DNA from: an uncultured Rhodopirellula sp.
Lineage (GTDB): Bacteria; Planctomycetota; Planctomycetia; Pirellulales; Pirellulaceae
Assembly: GCA_964007735.1 (NCBI GenBank)
Contig: CAXGAI010000003.1
Span: 124,001 to 146,827, forward strand
Length of the DNA: 22,827 nucleotides
Direction of reading: 5' to 3'
Part shown: positions 1-6,998 of the stretch, in pieces
How the letters are laid out: every line of letters starts with the position of its first letter
Position numbering within the stretch: the stretch's first letter is position 1
Made by a program: the position numbers and the translations under genes
Notes under the pieces: generated by a model
What the model was told of the DNA's origin: nothing
Database searches by the model: none
What the model saw: only the letters and a program-made list of their open reading frames with translations

Positions 1-1
1 T

Positions 2-901
2 GCCGGCGTTGATGGTCTCTCCAACATCTCATTCACTGTGCCTTCAGCGGAACTCACTCACACTCTGGAAGCCGTGCAACCGGTGGTTGAAACTCTTGGT
101 ATTCAACAACTAACCCACCGTGACAACGCCTCCAAAATCTCGGTGGTTGGCATTGGAATGGCAGAACAGTCGGGAGTATCAGACCGCATGTTCCGTGCTT
201 TGGGTGAACATGGCATTAACATCCATATGATCACCACCAGTCAAATTAAAATTTCTGTCCTAGTTGATCGCGATCAGGCTCTCGAGGCTATCAATGCTGT
301 CCATCAAACCTTTGAACTTGACCGTGTTTATCCGGATGCTGTTCCGGCCGAATCACCACAGGCTACTCCGGCCACTGATCCGGCGGCAGCGGCTAACGAG
401 CTTCAGGGCATGGAAGAACTAGCTATCACCGACATATCACTCGATTCCAGCCAAGCCAGCATCTCCATCCTTGGAGTTACCGATCAGCCGGGAATTGCTG
501 CCACGATCTTCGAAAAAGTTGCTCGGGAAAACATCATTGTCGACATGATCATCCAGAGTTATATAGATGATTCTGATATCGCTAATCTTAGTTTCACCGT
601 TGACCGCAATGATGTGGACCGCACTGTAGCAGTCATCCAAGGGATTCAGGACCAAGTTCCCCTCCAGAAAGTCGTGAGTAACCCGACCGTGGCCAAGCTC
701 AGTGTTTCTGGTATTGGATTAAGGAGTCACACCGGCGTCGCTATCCGAATGTTTCAAAGCCTCGCTGAAGCAGGATTAAACATCGAGATGATCAACACGA
801 GCGAAGTGCGAGTCAATGTCGTCGTGGATGAAAGTCAGGGGCAAGCAGGACTTGAAGCTCTGAATAAAGCATTCGCGGACGTTATTCAGTCTGCCGGCTA
901 G
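2..901 (+). CDS. lysC: Aspartokinase, 5'-truncated; C-terminal regulatory region of the four-ACT-domain type
   Basis: The frame is open from position 2 (AGVDGLSNISFTVPS...), so the gene starts upstream of the window. It has aspartokinase-type ACT repeats: KISVVGIGMAEQSGVSDRMF...INIHMITTSQIKISVLV, ISILGVTDQPGIAATIF...IIVDMIIQS and KLSVSGIGLRSHTGVAIRMF...INTSEVRVNVVV. Stop TAG at 899-901. Confidence 0.9.
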   Translation, partial: AGVDGLSNISFTVPSAELTHTLEAVQPVVETLGIQQLTHRDNASKISVVGIGMAEQSGVSDRMFRALGEHGINIHMITTSQIKISVLVDRDQALEAINAVHQTFELDRVYPDAVPAESPQATPATDPAAAANELQGMEELAITDISLDSSQASISILGVTDQPGIAATIFEKVARENIIVDMIIQSYIDDSDIANLSFTVDRNDVDRTVAVIQGIQDQVPLQKVVSNPTVAKLSVSGIGLRSHTGVAIRMFQSLAEAGLNIEMINTSEVRVNVVVDESQGQAGLEALNKAFADVIQSAG

Positions 902-927
902 AAAATGGGCGATCAACTCGCTCGCAA

Positions 928-1332
928 TCAATTCTCCACAGCTTCGGTTAGTACTTCTTCTTCGATGTAAATCGGTAAAGGCGGTTCACAGGTTACCGCA
1001 ACTGCGATAGCATCCGATGGTCGTGAGTCCACTTCAATAATTTGCCCATCCACTTTAACTCGCAGCCGAGCGAAATATGTGTGGCCCTGAACTTCTGAAA
1101 TCAGAACACTATCCAGTTCTCCACCTAAGGCATCGACCACGCTACAGAGCAAATCATGGGTCAGAGGTCGGGGTGCCTTAAAATCTTTGACCCGCCGTTC
1201 AATACTCGATGCTTCAAATATCCCGATTAGAATTGGAAACGTGCGTTCCCCGTCCACTTCTTTGAGGTAGATGACTTGATGGTCATTAATGTCACTGATG
1301 ATGATGCGAGAAAGCTTTAATTCGATTGGCAT
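928..1332 (-). CDS. Bifunctional nuclease family protein (DUF151)
   Basis: Family motifs: FPILIGIFEASSI, RPLTHDL, TYFARL, DSRPSDAIAVA. ATG at 1332 (MPIELKLSRIII) is preceded by GGAG and is preferred to the ORF-track start at 1356. Confidence 0.88.
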   Translation of the reverse strand: MPIELKLSRIIISDINDHQVIYLKEVDGERTFPILIGIFEASSIERRVKDFKAPRPLTHDLLCSVVDALGGELDSVLISEVQGHTYFARLRVKVDGQIIEVDSRPSDAIAVAVTCEPPLPIYIEEEVLTEAVEN

Positions 1333-1409
1333 CGGCAAGGATCTCCGAAAGGGCACATACCTGTGTACTTATGACGTATTATACGCTCAATTCAGAATTC
1401 AAATGAGAA

Positions 1410-4400
1410 CTAAGTTTGACTACGTAAAGTTTCCAGGGATTTTGCCACCGATGAGACCTCTTCTTCCAGCTTCATTAGGCCTTCGCGCTCACGTTGCACA
1501 ACTTCTTCAGGAGCTCTGGCCACAAAGTTTTCATTAGCCAGCTTCTTTTGCTTTCCCTGAATTTGCCCTTGCAGTTTTTGCAACAACTTTTCGTTGCGTT
1601 CAATCTCTGCCTCAACGTCAATAAAATTTTTCAAGTCTACAAATACTTCAATCTCATCAACTCGCACATTGGCACTGTTGACCGGCGGTTGGACATTCTT
1701 TCCCCAAGCAACGCTATGAGCGTTGGCCATGGACTGAAAATATCCATCCATCGGCTTTAGCAACTCTACAATTTCATCGCTGCAAGCCACAGAGAATTCG
1801 ACTTCCTGCTTCGGAGCGATGTTCTGTCGACTTCGAATTTCCCGAATCGCACGCAAGACGTCCTGAAACAAGGAAAACTGATGCTCAATAACGGAGTCAA
1901 TGTGTTGTCGGTTAACTTCCGGCCAAGTGGCAAGCATAATCGACTCGGTGGCATCACTAATTTCTGTGAGACCACGTTGTGGAGCAATTTGGGATAACAG
2001 TCCCCAAACTTCTTCTGTGATAAAAGGAATCATCGGATGCAACAACCGCAAAAGCTGATCTAACGCAAATGCCGTTACACGCTGAGCGATCGGCTTTGCT
2101 TCTGCATCCTGCATACGAGACTTTGTCATTTCAATGTAGAAACTGCAGAATTCATCCCAGGCAAAATCATAAATCGCTCTGGCGGCGTCAGCATAACCGT
2201 AATGTTCAAGTTTGTCGGTCACTTCTATCGTGACCGAGGACAAACGACTTAATAACCAGCGATCTTCAAAAGCCAATTGATCATCACTAACCGGTGCGGG
2301 TTCATAACCCGACAGATTCAGCAAAGTAAATCGAGACGCATTCCATAGCTTCGTACAGAAGTTTCTCGCTACTTCAAAACGTTCACTCACGACAGGCCCT
2401 GACGGCAATGCTAAATCCTCTTCTTTGCGAGCCCATTGAGTCCTAAACGCCTCACCACACTGTTTACACGTAACACGCGGTAATTCACGATTCTTCTTAG
2501 TTTGATCCATCAAGGTTCCGCAGTGCGGACACTCGAACTGCACCGGCATACGGACATCCTGTGTTTCTGTCGTCAGATACGCCAACCCGAATCGCAACGC
2601 ATCCGGACCAAATTTATCAATCACATCAAGCGGATCAACGCCATTGCCTTTACTCTTAGACATCGTCTCCCCGTACCCATCAAGAATCTTCGGATGGATA
2701 AATACCTCATGAAATGGAACTTCGCCCATATTATTCAGTCCCATCAACACCATACGTGCAACCCACAACGTAATAATGTCACGGCTGGTAATTAAAGTAC
2801 TTGTAGGATAGAACTTCGCCAGTTCCGAAGTCTGCTCCGGCCATCCCAAGGTACTGTGAGGCCACAACGCTGAGCTAAACCAGGTATCCAGAACATCGTC
2901 TTCGCGAACGAATCCAGCTGCAGCAAACCTTTTTTCTACATCTCCATTTTCATCATTGATACATATGTGAATAACCGCAAACGTCTCGACAGCCTCGTCT
3001 CCGACCACACGACTCTGCTCATTCAGTTCGGCGGTCAATTCAACCTGATAGGCTGCTGCACCGGCCTGGACATCGACATCCTCTTCAAGGGTTGCCAGCC
3101 GGGTATCCAAATCTGCCTGATCCTGACAGGCATAGGACCAGATAGGAATCTGATGCCCCCACCATAACTGGCGGCTTACCGGCCAGTCACGCTTTTCACC
3201 CAACCAGTCCAAATAACCTTTACGGTATCGCTCCGGAAAGATTTGCACGCGTTCATCTTCGACGGCATCCATAGCCGACTGAGCCAATTCCTGCATCCTT
3301 ACAAACCACTGGTCAGCCAGATAAGGCTCAATCGGGGTTTTACTTCGATCAGAATGTGCGAGATCAATTTCGCGATCTTCAATTTGCTCGATGAGCCCCA
3401 GACTTTCGAGATCTTCGACAACCCGTTTACGAGATTCTTTTATCGTCAGTCCCTGATAATCACCAGCATTAGCGTTCAACGTCCCGTCAGGTCGCAGGAT
3501 GTTTATTTTCTCAAGTCCACAACGCTGCCCAACTTCGTAGTCATTCGGGTCATGAGCAGGTGTGATCTTCACACAACCACTTCCCATTTCAGGCTTAGCC
3601 CATTCATCAGCCACCAACAAGATTTCTCGATTCATTAAGGGCAACATAAGCTTTCGGCCCGCCAATGCCATATCACGAAGCTTGATCAATCCCGGCAGGA
3701 TCTCCTGTTGACGTTGGTCAAGAGCATCTAACTGGTTCTGAAGCTGTTCTTTTTCTCCCGCTGTAGCATCCAGCAGCTTCACCTCAAGTTCCGCTCGAAC
3801 CTTTTCCAAAGCACGTTCCGGGTCCGGATGAACGGCAACCGCCGTATCGCCCAGCATGGTCTCAGGCCGAGTCGTGGCAACCGTCACGTGCGTGGGTTCG
3901 CCTTGCAGTGGATCTACAACGGGATACCGGAAGTGCCAGAAATGGCCCTGAACAACCGCATGAAACACTTCATCATCACTGACCGCCGTCTGCAAGAATG
4001 TGTCCCAGTTTACCAGTCGCTTACCGCGATAGATGTATTTCTTCTTAAAGAGATCAAAGAAGGTGGTGCGCACTGCCCGAGCACAGATTTCATCGAGCGT
4101 GAATCGCGTGCGTTGCCAGTCACAGCTTGAACCGAGCTGTTTCAGCTGAGAGATAATTCGTTTTTCATACTGACCTTTCCATTCCCAAATACGCTCTACT
4201 AAAGCCTGTCGGCCTAGATCATGACGTGTTTTATTTTCTTCTTCTTTGAGACGTCTCTCGACAACCGCCTGGGTAGCGATACCAGCATGGTCCGTACCCG
4301 GCATCCACAGTGTTTCAAACCCCTGCATCCGTTTCATTCGGGCCAATACATCTTGCAATGTATTGTTAAGAGCATGCCCCAAATGCAAAGCTCCTGTAAC

Positions 4401-4556
4401 GTTAGGAGGAGGAATCACGATGGAAAAGTGCGGTTTGTCTGAATCCGGGTCTCCATGGAAATACCCTGCCTCGACCCAACTATTAAAGATACGCGTGCTC
4501 GCTTCCTTAAAATCAAAGCTTGTCGGAAGCGATTCTGATGAAAATTCAAAGCCCAT
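1410..4556 (-). CDS. valS: Valyl-tRNA synthetase
   Basis: Motifs: PPPNVTGALHLGH (HIGH), PGTDHAGIATQ, ATTRPETMLGD, ITPAHDPND, SRQLWWGH, DVLDTWFSS and TMSKSKGN (KMSKS). C-terminal coiled-coil arm KLANENFVARAPEEVV. Confidence 0.98.
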   Translation of the reverse strand: MGFEFSSESLPTSFDFKEASTRIFNSWVEAGYFHGDPDSDKPHFSIVIPPPNVTGALHLGHALNNTLQDVLARMKRMQGFETLWMPGTDHAGIATQAVVERRLKEEENKTRHDLGRQALVERIWEWKGQYEKRIISQLKQLGSSCDWQRTRFTLDEICARAVRTTFFDLFKKKYIYRGKRLVNWDTFLQTAVSDDEVFHAVVQGHFWHFRYPVVDPLQGEPTHVTVATTRPETMLGDTAVAVHPDPERALEKVRAELEVKLLDATAGEKEQLQNQLDALDQRQQEILPGLIKLRDMALAGRKLMLPLMNREILLVADEWAKPEMGSGCVKITPAHDPNDYEVGQRCGLEKINILRPDGTLNANAGDYQGLTIKESRKRVVEDLESLGLIEQIEDREIDLAHSDRSKTPIEPYLADQWFVRMQELAQSAMDAVEDERVQIFPERYRKGYLDWLGEKRDWPVSRQLWWGHQIPIWSYACQDQADLDTRLATLEEDVDVQAGAAAYQVELTAELNEQSRVVGDEAVETFAVIHICINDENGDVEKRFAAAGFVREDDVLDTWFSSALWPHSTLGWPEQTSELAKFYPTSTLITSRDIITLWVARMVLMGLNNMGEVPFHEVFIHPKILDGYGETMSKSKGNGVDPLDVIDKFGPDALRFGLAYLTTETQDVRMPVQFECPHCGTLMDQTKKNRELPRVTCKQCGEAFRTQWARKEEDLALPSGPVVSERFEVARNFCTKLWNASRFTLLNLSGYEPAPVSDDQLAFEDRWLLSRLSSVTIEVTDKLEHYGYADAARAIYDFAWDEFCSFYIEMTKSRMQDAEAKPIAQRVTAFALDQLLRLLHPMIPFITEEVWGLLSQIAPQRGLTEISDATESIMLATWPEVNRQHIDSVIEHQFSLFQDVLRAIREIRSRQNIAPKQEVEFSVACSDEIVELLKPMDGYFQSMANAHSVAWGKNVQPPVNSANVRVDEIEVFVDLKNFIDVEAEIERNEKLLQKLQGQIQGKQKKLANENFVARAPEEVVQREREGLMKLEEEVSSVAKSLETLRSQT

Positions 4557-4622
4557 TGGTACGCTGCTATTTCTTGATTAATGATCTATGTTACGAACAG
4601 ACAGAAACACGGCGACGTGTTC

Positions 4623-6200
4623 TTACTCTTCATCCTTGTGGAGCTTGTATTCAATGGCATCAACCAATGCCATCCAACTGGCTTCAATGATGTTTTCACT
4701 CACCCCAACGGTGCCCCAAACGTCTTTTTCGTCTTTGCAATCGATAAAGACTCGGATTCTGGCGGCAGTTCCGGCGTCCGAGTTTACCACACGCACTTTA
4801 TAGTCGACCAGATGCATCTCCCGTAATTGCGGATAAGTATCACTCAGTGCTTTTCGAATGGCAGCATCCAAAGCGTTTACCGGACCGTCACCTTCGGCAA
4901 CTTCATGCCGCACATCATCATTGACCGTAATTTTTACTGTCGCTTCATTCGTAACCGTACCGTCGGCCTGCATACCAACTTCAACGTGGTACTTAACACG
5001 ATTGAAATGCGGCTTGTAATTTCCCGCACACCGTTGCACCAGCAAAGCAAAAGATGCTTTGGCTGCTTCAAACTGAAATCCTTCGTTCTCCAACCGGACA
5101 ACTTCGGCAAGAATCTCACGCATCAAGGCATCATCATCCGGAAGCGCATATTCGGCTGACAACGCTTTTACATTACTGCGACCTGACAATTCACTAATAA
5201 GAATCCGACGTTCATTACCCACAAGTGCCGGATCGAGATGTTCGTAAGTGCTGGCTGCTTTGGCTACGGCATGCGCATGCATACCACCTTTATGAGCGAA
5301 CGCACTGCGACCTACAAATGGCTGCCCGTTACGAAGGTTCATATTGGCTGTTTCATAAACAAACCTTGACAGTTCAGTAAGATGTTCAAGATTAGAACCA
5401 CCTAAAACGTCGTACCCCGTTTTCTTTAATGCGAGATTTGCGATCACTGAAATGAGATCTGCATTACCACAACGTTCACCAATTCCATTAATCGTTCCTT
5501 GCACCTGCACGGCACCGGCATCTACACCAGCCAGTGAATTAGCGACTGCTAATTCACTGTCATTGTGACAATGAATCCCAATGGCCACTCCAAATTCAGC
5601 CACAGCTTCGCCTGCGGCGATTGTTAGCTCCGCTATCTCTTCCGGCAGTGAACCTCCATTGGTATCGCATAACGCCACCAAAGTTGCACCGGCCTCGGCT
5701 GCGGAACGGATTGTTTCCCGTGCGTAGTCAGGATTCGCCTTCCAGCCGTCAAAGAAATGCTCGGCATCATATATCAATTCACGGCCTTCTCCCACAAGAA
5801 ATCCCACGCTGTCTGCGATCATCTGCAAATTCTCTTCCAGAGTAACTCGCAATACTTCCGTCACATGGAAGTCCCATGTTTTACCAACCACAGTACAAAC
5901 CGGCGCTCCACTATCTCGCAACGCCAGCATCCCTGGATCATCAGCAGCGTCGACGCCTCGTCGGCGAGTCATGCCAAACGCACAAACTTTAGCATGACTC
6001 AGATTCAACTCCTTCACTCGCCGAAAGAACTGCTCATCCTTTTCATTAGACAGTGGGTAACCACCTTCAATGTAATCAACGCCGATTTCATCTAACCGCT
6101 GCGCGATCTGAAGTTTGTCTTCAAGTGACAGACTCACACCCTCTCCCTGCGTACCATCACGGAGCGTTGTATCGTAAATCTGAATTGTCTTGGTTGCCAT
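4623..6200 (-). CDS. cimA: Citramalate synthase (DRE-TIM metallolyase with LeuA-type allosteric domain)
   Basis: Motifs: YDTTLRDGTQGEG, YDAEHFFDG, LCDTNGG, HCHND, GERCGNA, SAFAHKGGMH, SELSGRSN and EGDGPVNALD. The DAEHFFDG and HKGGMH motifs are typical of the bacterial CimA clade. ATG at 6200 has AGGA upstream; the ORF track starts at 6215. Confidence 0.9.
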   Translation of the reverse strand: MATKTIQIYDTTLRDGTQGEGVSLSLEDKLQIAQRLDEIGVDYIEGGYPLSNEKDEQFFRRVKELNLSHAKVCAFGMTRRRGVDAADDPGMLALRDSGAPVCTVVGKTWDFHVTEVLRVTLEENLQMIADSVGFLVGEGRELIYDAEHFFDGWKANPDYARETIRSAAEAGATLVALCDTNGGSLPEEIAELTIAAGEAVAEFGVAIGIHCHNDSELAVANSLAGVDAGAVQVQGTINGIGERCGNADLISVIANLALKKTGYDVLGGSNLEHLTELSRFVYETANMNLRNGQPFVGRSAFAHKGGMHAHAVAKAASTYEHLDPALVGNERRILISELSGRSNVKALSAEYALPDDDALMREILAEVVRLENEGFQFEAAKASFALLVQRCAGNYKPHFNRVKYHVEVGMQADGTVTNEATVKITVNDDVRHEVAEGDGPVNALDAAIRKALSDTYPQLREMHLVDYKVRVVNSDAGTAARIRVFIDCKDEKDVWGTVGVSENIIEASWMALVDAIEYKLHKDEE

Positions 6201-6236
6201 TTTCTTTCCTGACATGGGGTTAGTAACGGTGTTACT

Positions 6237-6274
6237 AAAAAAGCCCTGAAACCGTTAGCAGGTCTCAAGGCTTT
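6237..6274 (-). terminator. Intrinsic terminator (attenuator terminator) upstream of cimA
   Basis: Minus-strand RNA: GCCUUGAGACC-UGCUAAC-GGUUUCAGGGC, an 11-bp stem with 2 G.U pairs (6271-6261/6253-6243), followed by UUUUUU (6242-6237). Confidence 0.88.
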
Positions 6275-6304
6275 CATGATGTTTTGATTTGCCTGGTACC
6301 TGCT
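6257..6304 (-). promoter_or_regulatory. Predicted antiterminator helix of the cimA attenuator
   Basis: AGCAGGU-acc-AGGC (6304-6291) is complementary to GCCU-ugag-ACCUGCU (6271-6257). That target is the terminator 5' arm plus part of its loop, so the two structures are mutually exclusive. Confidence 0.75.
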
Positions 6305-6305
6305 T

Positions 6306-6401
6306 CTAGGTCAAAATAATTACACCGCCGACCACGAGACCGAGAATAATATTTCCGGCCATAATAATGTTCTTATTCACAATATCGTTGAGGTGACGCA
6401 T
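6306..6401 (-). CDS. Ile/Val/Leu-rich leader peptide (31 aa) MRHLNDIVNKNIIMAGNIILGLVVGGVIILT
   Basis: Translated by hand from ATG 6401 to TAG 6306. It has 7 Ile (all ATT, three as tandem pairs), 4 Val and 4 Leu. It lies between a promoter and a terminator directly upstream of cimA. Confidence 0.82.
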   Translation of the reverse strand: MRHLNDIVNKNIIMAGNIILGLVVGGVIILT

Positions 6402-6456
6402 CGGCAGGCAAAAGCAGAAAACAGGTTAATTACAGTGGTTTCCACCACCAAATTTT

Positions 6457-6485
6457 AGGTTAGGTGCAATCCTACAAGCTGTCAA
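6457..6485 (-). promoter_or_regulatory. Sigma70-type promoter for the leader-cimA transcript
   Basis: TTGACA (6485-6480), 17-nt spacer, TAACCT (6462-6457). A GUGGU-GGAA-ACCAC GNRA hairpin (6448-6435) follows near the predicted 5' end. Confidence 0.72.
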
Positions 6486-6501
6486 CCAACAACATCTCCG
6501 A

Positions 6502-6951
6502 TTAAGGGAACTTCACTTTAACAACCGCTTTATGAGCATATTCCTTGGTTGCCAAAGGAGCATGTACATCCTGAGGCAAGAAGACGGCAAAGCTACCGCT
6601 TGGCACCTCGATCCAACTCGCTGGTCGATCATAAAAGAATTCGAGATCCTTTTCGGAGTCGTATGGCTGCTTGACTCGCTCCACAAACTCCCGCTCGAGC
6701 CAGCCAATTGTATCGACCCCCTCAATCACGTACTGAATATCCAGATATTTACGGTGTGCTTCAAGCATGGCCCTGTCACGGCCTACTCCATCACCTCGAG
6801 CGATAATAGCATACACTTCACGACCCTGAATCTCGTGTACACCATCTTCAAGCGTTGCTAAATCCGCTTGTTTAAGAAACTCAAATCCTTTTTGGATAAG
6901 CGGAGCAACACTGCAATAACTAGATGCATTAGCCAGACGATCAAATATCAT
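6502..6951 (-). CDS. YhcH/YjgK/YiaL family protein (DUF386, NanQ-like)
   Basis: Motifs: MIFDRL, EAHRKYLDIQYVIEG, YDSEKDLEF, FAVFLPQDVHAP, KAVVKV. GAGG RBS upstream. Confidence 0.9.
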   Translation of the reverse strand: MIFDRLANASSYCSVAPLIQKGFEFLKQADLATLEDGVHEIQGREVYAIIARGDGVGRDRAMLEAHRKYLDIQYVIEGVDTIGWLEREFVERVKQPYDSEKDLEFFYDRPASWIEVPSGSFAVFLPQDVHAPLATKEYAHKAVVKVKFP

Positions 6952-6998
6952 TTTGAAACGTTTCCTCTGAGACGACTTATCACCATGATTGTTGGAAC

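Noticed and set aside
907..923. Small hairpin gggcga-tcaac-tcgctc between the convergent lysC and DUF151 genes
   Set aside because: Only 6 bp with a G.U pair and no adjacent U-tract on the plus strand; too weak to call a terminator.
4557..4622. T-box riboswitch upstream of valS
   Set aside because: The 66-nt gap is too short and lacks the T-box consensus.
6309..6350. The leader C-terminus IILGLVVGGVIILT resembles the amyloid-beta/APP segment AIIGLMVGGVVIAT (9/14 identical) and could be a small transmembrane peptide with GxxxG.
   Set aside because: Low-complexity Ile/Val/Leu/Gly composition explains the match. The promoter-uORF-antiterminator-terminator context explains the composition better, although a secondary membrane role cannot be excluded.
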